A stretch of 64,000 bases of DNA. Source: the human T2T-CHM13v2.0 reference genome, Homo sapiens. The notes under the pieces are model-generated. The model searched no databases. It was not told the DNA's origin and saw only the letters and a program-made list of their open reading frames with translations. The stretch lies in the NCBI RefSeq assembly GCF_009914755.1, contig NC_060946.1, one strand, 5' to 3'. Below, in pieces: positions 14,406 through 27,001 of this stretch. The first letter of the stretch is position 1. The number at the start of each line of letters is the position of its first letter. A program made the position numbers and the translations under genes.

Positions 14406-15449
14406 TCAATGCTTCCCTCATTCGGGGGCTACCTACTTTCCACCTCATTTCATCTTCACGCCCTTCGAGGTAGCCACTTTCATGGATGCCAGTTTTACAA
14501 GAAGGAAACTCAGATGGAGTCAGGTAACTCAGAGATGAAGGTACCTTGCAGGAAGCCACACACCTTGTGAATGGTGGAGCTGGGGCCTGAACCCATGTCT
14601 GTTTCTACAAAGCCTGTGCTTTTAGTTGCAGTCACTGTACGTGTGACGAGATGTGAAAATGACACCTTTCCTCAGTTTTGACTGAGGCTCCAAAGGCCAA
14701 AGCAAAATACCAAGGAACCTGGAGCCCCCCATCCCGAAGAAGAGCTAGACAGCATGGGGCACCCTCTTCCTAGGCTGGTGCTGGACCCAGGCCTGGGAGG
14801 AATCGAGGTGAGGTGGTGGCTGGGCAAGCCAGGAGAGGGCTACCAATGAGACGGCCTCGCTGCCTCCTTTGTCAAACTAAACGGCTGCAGCAGCACTTCC
14901 CTGAACCAGCGGGGGCCAAGTGGAGCCAGCCTGGTGCTGTCTTAAGGGGGCTCGGCTGGGACCGCCTCCAGGAGGGTGACGGGTCCCAATAAGAATGAAC
15001 AGCCAGGAACTGGGGCTGCAGGAGGAGTGAGGGGGGACCACCTGTGAGAAGCAGCCTGCAGGTGAGACAGCGCCACTGATGGGGTGGGGAGGGGCATCTC
15101 AGAGGCGCCCATGGGGCACCAGCCGGATCCACCCAGCAGGTGTGGAGTGGGCCACGACAGACCCCAGCAAACACGCTGCACTCCTGGCTCCGGTCTCTCC
15201 CTCCCGAAGACTGTGAGAGGAGGTGCCACTTTAAATCAAGTTCAGAATTTTGACAATCACCCAGGGCTGGGCACTTTAATACCTGAAATCGTGAATATCT
15301 TTGTGACTAAAGGAGCCCAAAAGAATTTTTGTTACCTGAGAGAGACAAGAGAAGTTCAGGAACTTGCCCTAGATTTTATCTAAGCGGTGGAAAAAACGGG
15401 CCCCTCCAGGGTGCACAGGGACAGGCTGGAGGGCAAAGGAAATGGCGCC

Positions 15450-16400
15450 CTCTCTCTTAACAGCCACTCTCACTCTGTTGGGTGCACGTGTGCATTCAAA
15501 AACTTTCTCAGAAAAAAGTTGGCAGAAAAAGGAATGTACTACTTTCAAGACAGCAGCTCAAGCTATGAATGCACTAAGAACCTGTTTTGAGACGATCCCT
15601 GGCAGCTGGCAAAAGTGCAACCTTGAGAAGAGGCCGTGAAATATCCCCAACGAAACAGAAGGATTTCCAAACTGAAGAACGTTGCAGAAGGCATCAAGCG
15701 CGGTGCCTTCGCTTCACAGATGAGTAGTTTGGGGCCCAGCGGGTGAAGCGGCCCAGCTGGTTGGTGCAGAGCCCAGCCCAGCATCCAGATTCTCTGATTT
15801 GGGAAGAGCTACCTTTCCTCGAGGCCAGCTGGGATGTGCGAAGGAAACCAGGTCCCGTGGAGAAAGTTACCTGGACTTTCTAGCAAGGGAAAGCCTAAGT
15901 AAAGAAAACAGTTGGCCAAGAGGAAAGACAGTGGTGGCAATGCTGAGAGAGTGCCGAGGAAAGAGTGGAGAGTTTGTAGCCAAGACGAACATTTATAGTA
16001 AGCTCCCAACAGCCAAGGACTTGAAAGCCATCACCGTCCAGCTGGACACGAGAGCAAGAATTCAGTACATCCTGCCGGGCCCTGCTAGTTGTGCAGAGCA
16101 CAAGGTCCTAGGCAAGCCAGTGTCGGGGTAAAACACTGCTTCCGTCGAAAGTAGAGTTAAGAATGGAATGGAAAAAGACTGAGGCCTGCATAGCGCACGC
16201 ACGGGGATTTCAAAATGGATTCGAAAACACTCCACAATGCAATCTTGGGAGATCGCAACATAAAAAGGAAGGAATTCAATGCAGGTGAGCCTCAATAGAC
16301 ACCACGGCGTGCTTCTGAAATAGATGAAAATTGAACTGTTTTCCAAATACTTTGAGAGGGTTACCAATGACAGGAATCCTTTCGTCTGATCACTAATCAT
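15450..16400 (+). mobile_element. Possible ancient non-LTR retrotransposon RT fossil (Dong/R4, Mam_R4-like)
   Basis: Frameshifted peptides KTEACIAHARG / NAILGDRNIKRKEF / ASIDTTACF resemble the order of R4-type RT motifs; judged by eye only. Confidence 0.35.
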
Positions 16401-18202
16401 CATCTCGCTTACACAGTCAGGACAGCTGTGGAGTAGGTCGGCTTAGAGGGATTCTCAGGGCAGGTTCAGGCTAGTGTTCAGTCTGGCCTTGAATTGTGTT
16501 CTGCAGAGTCCCACAGCAGGCTCCGCAGGAGGCCAGGGTACCCCTTCTAGAAAACCCAAGTTTTCCAGCTGGACAGGCCTGACTCCTAGTCCTGTTTCTA
16601 GCCCTCGTTTAACTATGCAACCAGGGCAAGCTACACAACCTTTCTGAGTCTGTCATCTATACAACACAGGAGTGTTACCTTGTAGGGCTGTTATGAAGCC
16701 TAAACAAATAATGTGTGCAAAACACCTAGCACACAGTAGGCCCTCATCAAACGTTACTTCCCCACTCCTCGCTTGCCTGGGAGGGCAGTGATCAGCGCGG
16801 ATTGTTCTTGCACTTGTTTGTAGGGACCTCCTTTGGGTAGGCAGGATGGTCACTGCGGTGTTTAGGCAGAAGAGAGGAGGAGATGAGCTTGGCGCCAGCC
16901 CTTGGCTGCGTCTCAAGCTGCGTTTGCTTATATTTCCTTTTTAATTACAGCTTTCTTAACCGAGCTGCCAGCGGTGCTTCTGTGAGCCTCAACTCAGGGG
17001 GGACTAGTTAACTTGCACAGATAATAGCAAGTGCTTACTGCAGCCTCTTCAAGCGTAGTTCACACCCACCCACCCACTTCAACACCTCAACAGAGTTTAA
17101 CCCGTAGCCCACTGGCCTTTGGTGACTCATGTTTTGGAGGTTGGGGTGGGTTTTAATTTCTGAGTTCTATCAAGCGTTCTAGGGAATATGGAATATTGGG
17201 GTGCAGGGACAATTTCACAAATGAATGGAGGAAGGGAGAATACTGAAATCCTGTTTGCTAGGGCACTACCGCCTACTGCTTTGCACAAAGGTGTGCTGCA
17301 GAAAAGATGGCAAACCCTCTATACAGGAAAAGCTGATTTGGGCTTCATTAATTTAGCATTTGTGATAATTGGACCAGAGGCAAGGGTGATATTTATCTCT
17401 GCACAAGCCATGAATACAAGGATTTAGTAAGTAATAACAGTATAAACAAGATTCTAGGGGCAATATTTATACTTTAAGAAAGCTAACATCTACTGAGTGT
17501 TTACCAGGCGCCAGACTCTGTGATCCATGTTTTATATGCGACATATTACTTGATTCTCATATTTATTACTCGATAAGGGATGTATTTTATGATCCTCACT
17601 TTACAAGCCTGAGCCACCAACAGGTGAAATAACATGTCCAGGTTCCCACGGCGAGTTCTGCCACTCACCATGGGAGGTCAGAGTGCCTGCCTTTACTGCT
17701 GTACTTTCCCTAAGGAAGCATGCTGCTTTGGGGGCGTTTTATAAGCTCGGACGGCAGCACTGGTCAAGGTTCCTAGATGCAATAGCAGAAGTGCCTAGAG
17801 CCAAAGTCAAGCTGGAGCAGAAGATGACCTCCAGAACATTAACCAGCCCATGACTCAATTCTGAGGGCCACAGAATCAGGTCTAAAGGCCACAAGGTGAG
17901 GTCCAAGTTACGACCATGACTGTGCCAGGCCTGGTGATCTCCCCAGCTAGCAACCCTGGCGAGGGGCAGGGCAACCAACACTCGGGCCCCTGCTGGCTCT
18001 GAGATGGATGTTCAGGGCCACACCTGTTCCTAGAGGGCAGATCATCACTTCATGCCCTTCCTAGTGGAGTCTCATGTGAGGGGTCTGATTGGTGCAGCCT
18101 GGGTCACATGGCTGCATCTTGGCCTCAAGGAGGATGGGACTTTAAAACTCCCAAACACAGGAAGCAGGTTCCTCAGTGCTGGACAGCTAAAATCATGATA
18201 CA

Positions 18203-18238
18203 TTAGGTTGGTGCAAAAGTAATTGCAGTTTTTGCCAG
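18203..18238 (+). mobile_element. MADE1 (Hsmar1 MITE) half element
   Basis: TTAGGTTGGTGCAAAAGTAATTGC is the MADE1/Hsmar1 terminal inverted repeat. Confidence 0.8.
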
Positions 18239-18770
18239 GAAAAGTGTACTGAAGACGCTGAAAATCACTTGCTTTTTGTAATGAGGTCTTCTGCTCTTTT
18301 AACTGGCAGGCACTTTGTGGCCTGGAGTCACCCTGGGGCTGCAGCAAGGTGAGGATGGGTGGTACCGATGGGAATTAGAGGCCATGAGTCCTAATCCTGG
18401 CTCCACCCTTCGCTAATCATGGGACCTTGGACAAGTCACTTGAGCTCCTCAACACTGGAATGGGAGCTGTGGGGCCAACTTCTGGTTCACAGGACTGGTT
18501 GTGAGAGCCACATGAAACAATGTTCCAACAACATCTGAACCCAGAATATTGCATGCAAACGTCGAGGGTCATGATCACCGCACACAAAGCACTTGTATTT
18601 CTTACTAGTTGAGATACACCTTTTCCCAGGGTTGGCTGGCTGATCTGCTTTCCTGTTATGTCTGAGCAGCTACTGCTATACTGAGAAGAGATCTCGGGTA
18701 AGAATGTAAACATCAGTTCCAAATGAGACTCTGCATATGGTGGAATAACAGCTCCCTGCACGTGAGGTCA

Positions 18771-18950
<180 letters not shown>

Positions 18951-19738
18951 TCAGAAGAAACAACCAAAATATGGCACTTCACTGTCACACTCTGGAAGGA
19001 CAGCGGGCGAGATGAGAGCACTATTTTTGAGGGGTGTAAAGCATCCTCTGAGAGCTGCCTGACTCGAGGTGGTGAGCCCCCCCACAGGGAAAGCCGGGGG
19101 TCTCTCGTGATGGCCCCAAGGGCCACAGAGAGACAGGTGGGCTTCGCTTTTCATGCACAACTTCTGCTAGGTCTTTTTCTAGACCTCACGTGTATCTGTC
19201 TCCCTTGCCTCCTTAAAGGGCTGCAAACGCCTGAAGGCAAGGGCCAAATTTATGTGAGCCTTTGTAATAATTCTGAGCACATGGAGCAAACTGTAAACTG
19301 GTCATTAATAGTAATCTAAGGACTCGGCTCGGAGTCAGGGATTCAGAGGTAATTTAGTTCAGCTCCCAGCTGCATCAGCTGCAGCTAATTTTTGAGCCTG
19401 TCTCTGGAGATCACTTTCCCCGGTCTATAATGAGGAGAATTTGTTGATCTCACATAGGGACGAAAAATAAACTGATTTAAAGCATTCAGAAGTGACAACA
19501 GGCTTGAATGTTTACTTGTACCCCATATACAAGAGAAAATTAGGAACTCTTCCCTGGGGTTAGCTTTCTGGAATTAACAACTGATATTACAGCACCCTCC
19601 CGTTATTGAGTCTCCCCACAGCCCTGCCAGGTGCGTGTCCTCATTCCCGTTTCCTAGACTGGGAGAGGTGTGTGTGGTGACTCACCGAGGTTGGCATGGC
19701 TGCTAAGCGGCAGGGCCAGTGTACGCCTTAGGCCATCA

Positions 19739-20194
<456 letters not shown>

Positions 20195-22070
20195 TCATGT
20201 CTGGGCCAGGCTCTGCTGGGCACTTCCGTGCCTCACTGTGAAACCTCCCAACTCGGTAGAGTGTCTGAATATTTCCACTTTGTAGCTGAAGAAACCAAAT
20301 TCAGGGAGGGTAAGTGACTTGTCCAGGCCTGACAGGCTTTAAAAACAAAGACAACGATGACAGAGATGGGGGACGACTGAGTTCTTCTCTACCCAACAAT
20401 CTGCTTTCACCTGCAGCTGGCCTCATTCATTCATTCTCCACTCATTCTTATCAAGAGCCCACCACCATGCAAGTTACATTTTTGTGCTTTGCAGCCCTGA
20501 AAGAAGATTCTTTCTTCATTAGCCAGCCTGGGAAGCTTGTTTGCTTGCATCTTCTTAATAAGGGCTGGCTTGTTAAAATGCAGAGGGCACTTTCTGCTTC
20601 TCTTGCCATCTCTGCATCAGCCTAATCCAAACCACACTGACAACTGGACAGGGCTCCATGACCCAATTAAGAGCCAAGGCTACACTCTCAGGGGCTGTCG
20701 CCTTCAGGGGCTGCTCAGAGTCCTGGGATGTCCTGCTGCCTGCCCCTGGATGTAGAATGGCCCTGTACAGGCTGTGGGTGCGCACCCTGGTGCTCGTGAC
20801 TCTTGGCCATGCTCTGGTTTCTGGATCCCCCAACCTCGCACAATTAGGACCTGGTTTATTTCCGGGGTGCCAGTAACCTCCCAGGGTACAGAAGAGAATC
20901 CTTTTCCCTCCAGATTGGATTCCCTTTCAGATCCTTGGAAGGCGGGCCCAGATTCCACTCTGGAGGGCTCCTCCTCACCCTACAAGGCTGTGCTGGCTTC
21001 TGGCAGTGTCAGGGATGGGAGGACCGTGGACTAAACTGATGAACCCTTCACTCCACAGATTAACTCTTGAACTCCTGCTAGAACACATTGAGCTCTGTTA
21101 CATGCACGCAGGAGACACTTCAGCGTGGTTTTAACTCAAGAAATCCTCCTTCTTCCAGGCTTCAGTGAGGGGGTCCTGGAGAGGCCTGGCATCAAGCTAA
21201 AGCCAGAGCGGGTGAACCAGGAGTCAGGGCCGGCTGGAGGGGAGGGTGTGAGCTGACGGGTGGCACATGGCCTGGATTTGCCCTAATACATCTTCCCTTC
21301 TGCTGGGCATGGCAGCCCCAGTGCCAGGCCATGCACACGGTAGGCAATTGGGGTGAACGTCGTGAACCGATGCATGAAGCCAACCCTGTATGAAATCACT
21401 ATCATTAGATCTACTTCTCTTAGGCAACAAAAAAAAAGGGGCAGAAAACTGTTCCCATTAAAATGTGGCTGTTCTTGGAAAGGCAGGGGAGGGCTCTGGA
21501 GAACTCAAACCTTCTAATTAGCTCACTGGCCCAGATTAGTGAGACTGTTACCGTGGAAGGTACAGCAAGTGGATCCTGCGAGGCTGGTGGGACGGGGGTG
21601 GATGGGGCATGGTGAGGCCTGGGCAGCAGCAGGGGCATGTTCCAGAGCAAACCCCAGTGGAACGGCAGAAAGTGAGCCTCGTTATAGGCTGAGGCCTCTA
21701 CAGCACTTCCCAGAGGGGGAGGAGGCAGTCTGTACTGTCTTGGGAGGTAGGGGACACCATCTGAAAGGACAGTGTTGCTCTAAAGAAGGGAGGCCTCACA
21801 GGGGGAGGGCTGCAAGGACCGAGCCGCAGGGCTCTTGGCCCATTGGATCCTGGGCACCCCAGAGCTGGGGCCCGGGCAGTCACACGCATCAGCCACTCCT
21901 TCTTGCCAAGTATCCATGAGTCCTGGGCTGGGAGGAATGCCCCTTAAAGAGTAATGCCATGGGAGCTTCCCAACAGCACAGTGCAGGGAAACTGCTGTGT
22001 GAGCACTGTCAGGGGTAAACGTTTTGGCAGGAGGTGGTGACAGTCAGGAAAAAGACCACGTGCTACTTGC

Positions 22071-22130
22071 CAATTTATCCAGCATTTCCGAAAACAGCTC
22101 CTTGCCAGCAGAGTCAAAAATGAAGAGTTC
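22071..22130 (-). CDS. IFT27: IFT27 exon 4 (ELFIFDSAGKELFSEMLDKL), G3 motif
   Basis: Acceptor TTGTAG|; non-canonical donor TTG|GCAAGT; 60 nt. Confidence 0.95.
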
Positions 22131-22276
22131 CTACAATCAGAAAAGCAAGAAAAGTCTCCACGTGGAAAAACCACAAGCTACGAGTCACTGGTATCACTCT
22201 CAACTCACACTGGACTTGTCTTAGGGGTGAAATACAGGCACCCACATCTTCACACATGCTCTGTCTTTTCTCCCAG

Positions 22277-23005
22277 GCACGAGAGAAGATGAAGGGGAAA
22301 GGAGCGAACTCCAGAGTCTTAGAGAGGCAGTACGACGGGTTCTCGCACCAACCAGCACTTTCTGTGTGGAGTCTCACCTCTTGTAACCCTGAGTGCAAAA
22401 ATACCAGGAACAAGCTGACTTCCCACCTGGCAGAACAGAATGCTAAACAGGCCGGTGAGTGCTCTGGTTTCCAAAAGGTCATTCTGCACTTTGTTAACCA
22501 AATTGATTTTCAAATCTTAGAACAATTCTTTCTAAAGGAGGTCACTGAGTAGGCCTGGGGAAGGTGTTTAAAGTAGGACATTCTGTCACCCTTCTGGGAT
22601 GGCTAAGGTGTGAGGCAGACAGAGGGTGCGGGATGACCCTTCCTGCCCTGTCCAAACCTTCCCCAGCCCATGTGAGAACCCCCAGGGCTGGTCCCCTAGG
22701 AAATCACCCCTCGGCTCCCCCACAAGCTCCCTCCTGGCACTGGGTATTTCCTGGCTGGCCTCTGATCCCTGGCATACACCGTCTAAACATCAGCACCATT
22801 GTCTGTTTTGCATATTGGTTACCTGGGAACTCACCTTTCTCTTCATCAGAAGTACTTATACTTTTTTTTTTTTTTCTCGCAGACCTCTTTAGGAATCTGG
22901 TGAAAGCTACAAACCCTCTCTCTAGAAAAGCACACACAAACATAACGTCTTGCAATTCACTTTCAAGAGTCCCAGGTTCCCATAAAGAGACTCAAGAACC
23001 TTGAT
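22277..23005 (+). ncRNA. Candidate last two exons (22277-22454; 22883-~23005) of a + strand lncRNA antisense to IFT27, possibly the CACNG2 divergent transcript
   Basis: Acceptor CTGTCTTTTCTCCCAG|, donor CCG|GTGAGT, acceptor T14-CTCGCAG|, variant poly(A) signal CATAAA at 22981. The identity is from memory of the locus and unverified. Confidence 0.5.
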
Positions 23006-23239
23006 AGTAGAGAACAAGTTCCTCAAGGGCCAGGCCCATCTCCTAGTCCTCCTTCCTTCCTTCCTCCTCCACCTCCTCAGTCCCTCCCTTGAATGCTTCC
23101 CGATTCTATTCCGAAATGCTCAGCCAAGTCTAGACCACAGCCTTGCACTGCATCTCTCCTAGGGAGGATGGTGTGACCACAGAGACCCTGGGCCCAGCTG
23201 GGGGAGCCCTGAGTTCCCTTGGGTAAAGGCATCACTCAC

Positions 23240-23299
23240 CACACTGTCTCCCGTGTCAGGAACTGGCACTGTCTTCACCACCAAATCCATTCCTGTTGT
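23240..23299 (-). CDS. IFT27: IFT27 exon 3 (TTGMDLVVKTVPVPDTGDSV)
   Basis: Acceptor GGCAG|; donor GTG|GTGAGT; 60 nt, phase 0/0. Confidence 0.97.
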
Positions 23300-23716
23300 C
23301 TGCCGAGGAACACCAAGAATGTTAGCACTGAGGGCCCCCAAAGGGAGAGCATGTTACAGGAGGACACACAAGCACCCCGATCCCAGGAGGGCTATCTCCA
23401 GTGGAAGGGTTTGTTCTGGACTCATTCTTGTGAGAAGCAGCTCAGCATGCAGAAGTCAGAGGGGACCAACTAGTCCTCTCCACCTCCCTGCCCTGACGTG
23501 AGCTGCTACACGTGGTGGCCAAGTTGCTTGTGGCCATTCTGCTCTGTAGCCAACCTCTCACCCTGGGCTAGTGGAAAAAACGATCTCCACGTGGCCCTCT
23601 GAGCAGCCTTTCATCAGCTGTCTTAAGGCTTCCCTCAAGGAACTTCGAAGTCACTCATCATGGTGAACCGAGCACTTCTCTATAAGCTGTGGCCAGGTCT
23701 TGACACCCCAGCTCAC

Positions 23717-23796
23717 CAGGGTGTAGCTTTTCTGGAAATGGGCTCCATCACTGCGGAAGATCTGTGCCAGGGCGGTCTTGCCCACTGCTGGGTCTC
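23717..23796 (-). CDS. IFT27: IFT27 exon 2 ([27 protein letters not shown]), P-loop
   Basis: Polypyrimidine tract plus ACAG| acceptor (tandem CAG GAG); donor CTG|GTGAGC; 80 nt; phases fit. Confidence 0.97.
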
Positions 23797-25296
23797 CTGT
23801 GAGATCAGAAAAGAAGAAAAAGAACGCCTTAGTTCTCATCTGACTTGAGAATCTCCCGCTGCAGAACATTAGTCTAGAAACCAAAAACTTCAATGAGTTT
23901 TGAGAGATGTACTTGCCTCTCACGGGAACTTGTTCTGAGGCCGCGGGCAGGGCACAGGTCCATGAGACTGATCTGCAAACCTCACAACAGCCAGAGCACA
24001 CTTCTGCACGGCTAAGCCTTTTATCCACAGGAACTGACCCAGAAGGTAACAGAACTTACAGAGGGCTTTGGGGCCCTGGAAACGGAACTGACGCTCTTCC
24101 ACTGAAACACGCCCTATGGGGAAAAGCTGTCACTTCCAAACTGGAATTTACTTTGAAGTCTTGAAGGTAAAGAAGTGTGACTGGCACTGACAGGCAGAGT
24201 CACCTGTCCAACTGACCCAACCTGGGTTGACAGCTTCCACCTGAATACTTTTTTGTGTGGGGCGTGGGGGGTGGAAGGGTCTCTGCATTTGTGGGAAGCA
24301 AGAAGTCTGAGGCTGTGTTCATCATTCTGAAATCTCTTTCCAAATGCTATGCTCCATCTCCATCGCAGAATACCTGTCTGTGACCCAAGGATTCTTCTTC
24401 CCAGGGGCCTCTCCACCAATTCTATCTGCAATAGCAGTCACCTCCTCCAAGCTCATCTCTCACCTACTGGCTTTATCTCCCTCTCCTCTGCTGGTCAACA
24501 GCCCCAGAAACTGGTCCCTCAGAACTAAAGGTTTATGTCGCAGTTTTCAGTCTGAGACCTGAGCCTTTCACAAGACTGCTGGGAGCCATTTAATCGAGCG
24601 CTCCTCCCGTGCCCGTCACGGGTGCTGGAAGCTCTCCCTGCCCATCTTTAATTCCCTTTGCCCTCCCCATTTTCCCTCTCATGGCTCTGCTGAGCCTCCT
24701 TTGATGCTGATTGTTTCCATTTGCAGCCTCTTTTCCTCCTGAGTCTTACGTGGACTTGCACTCCACCGTCCAGGTCCTGGCAGAACACGTGCTTTCTGCT
24801 TCTCATCCTCTGGATCCTTAGCAAAATCAGCACCGCCCTCCGCGGCTTCCAACTCACATCACTTGGTACCATCTCTTCACCTTTGCTTCCCATTTTACAG
24901 TCGGCTTCAACACTCCTTTCCTCGACTTCTCAACAGTCTGCCACTGTTCACTTTTCAGTTTTGACTTTTCCCACCTATAATTTTCCCTTGTAAGACAATT
25001 ATTTCAATGCTTGTGGCATTTCATTTTATGTGAACTCCTCCAGGTTTGAGTGAGCTATTCAGGTCCTGCTTTTCTATTTGTCATCACTCCTTAGAAGGGA
25101 ACCAATATGTGCTGAGCCCCCCTCATGGACCTGTTCACACAATCCCATTCATTCCTTCCCCGCCAAGGTATCATTCACCTTACCTGACAGATGAAGAGAC
25201 TGAGGCTCAGAGAGGCTGGGTAACTCGCCCAGGATTCCAACCTCACGCTCTTCCCAGGCCCTGCTCCTCTCCTAGAGCTCAGGGACCACTTCTGAC

Positions 25297-25573
25297 ACTT
25301 TTCTTGTTTTGAGATGGAGTCTCTGTCACGCAGGCTGAAGTACAGTGGTGCGATCTAGGCTCGCTGCAACCTCCGCCTCCCGGGTTCAAGTGATTCTCCT
25401 GCCTTAGCCTCCCGAGTAGCTGGGACTACAGGTGCACGCCACCATGACCAGCTAATGTTTGTATTTTTAGTAGAGACGGGGTTTCACCAGGTTGGCCAGC
25501 CTGATCACAAACTCTTGACCTCAGGTGATCTGCCTGCCTCTGCCTGCCAAAGTGCTGGGATTACAGAAGTGAG
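25297..25573 (-). mobile_element. Alu (AluS), slightly truncated
   Basis: Reverse Alu consensus. Confidence 0.92.
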
Positions 25574-26109
25574 TTCTGACCCATTTTTAATGCTGTCCCT
25601 CCAAGCCCTCCTCACCGCCTTCCATGACATCTGGGGCAACCACAGCCTAGACTGTCAAGGGGTACCCACCCATCTCGGAGCAAACAGAGCGCATCGCTTT
25701 CCTTCCTTGGGCCCTGACTGCACCCGCCCTCCCAACTTCAGCTCTGCTCCTGAATTCAGCTGGAAGTTGGCTCCTCCTGCTTATGAGATTCCCCACAGAT
25801 TTGTTCTGGTTAATTTCATAAATCTTTCCTCTGACTGTCAGTCAGAGTCACCAACACTTACAGGAAACCGCCTGTGTTGGCTATGAGGGCTCAGAAGCAC
25901 AGGGAGGTGAAATAACTGATAAACACATTTGCAGAGCAACAGGATGACAAGTGCAAATTCAAATAGCACAAACTGAGAAGCAAGGCGTCTGGGAAGCATC
26001 GAGAAAAGAAATGAATGAGAGGATTCACTGGGGAGGGAGGCTTCCCTAGGGGCAAGGGCTGGGCCTGGGGGCGACAGCAGGCAGGGCGCTGCAGGACAGA
26101 GAGGATGAC

Positions 26110-26600
26110 GTCTGCAAGGGCACGATGCGAGATCACCTGTGACCTCACAGTTGCCAAGGCCGATGGCCTTTTCTTGGTTCTCATCCTCCTTGACTTCTCT
26201 GAAGGATGTGAGTCAGCCTGAAGTGACCCCTTCCTTCCCGAGTCCTGTCCCCGTGGCCTCAGTGACCCTGCCCTGGCCTGGTTCTCCTGCTATCTGCCTG
26301 CCCCTCTGCCCCCCGAGTGTGGGCATTCCCATGGGCCTGTCATCGGTGGCGCTCTGCTCCTAGTCCACTCCGTCCCACTGACTCTCATCACCTTGACAGA
26401 AGGCAGGATCTCCCTCCCAAGCTTTGTCTGTATATCCAAAAACCCGTGTGCGTTGCCACTAGAATGAAGGACCTTCCTCCAACCTCAGTCTGTCTACAGC
26501 CAAGCTCCGTCATGCCCTGGTCCTGAGTGGGCTGCCCCCATCACCCAAGCTTTCTGTTTGTGATGCCACCGTGTGTTTTCATCGTCCCCAGATTCAACGG
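26110..26600 (+). mobile_element. L2 LINE ORF2 (reverse transcriptase) remnant
   Basis: Translation ITCDLTVAKADGLFLVLILLDFS resembles the L2/CR1 RT segment VTNDL..AK..G..SVLILLDLSAAFD. Confidence 0.75.
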
Positions 26601-26980
26601 GTCACCTCTGACTGCTCCTCCTCCTTCCTCCCATCTTCAGGCAGCCTCCCTTGCATTCCTCACATCCTTGGCTGAGTCTCAGCCCACCTCTGCTCGGCCC
26701 TCCCTGCTGACCCTGCCCCAGTTAGCTCAGCCTCACTGCTGGGTTTCTATCTCAGCCCCAAGCCCATCCTTCCACAGTGTGCAGGGGAGGGGCCTCTGCA
26801 GACACATTTCTCCCTTGCTAGGAGCTTCCTGTTAGGCTCTGCCAATGGGAGTTCTGGAAGAAGAAGGGAAGGCTGGAGTCGGGGGAGAGGACACTGCTCT
26901 TCCCGCCTGCTTCTCCTTTTTCTTAGTACTACCCTAGCAATGGCCTGCACCCCAGCAGCACTAACTGCTTCCTGTCTTGG

Positions 26981-27001
26981 GGTGTGTGTGTGTGTGTGTG
27001 T
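26981..27001. repeat. (GT)n microsatellite
   Basis: Direct. Confidence 0.9.
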
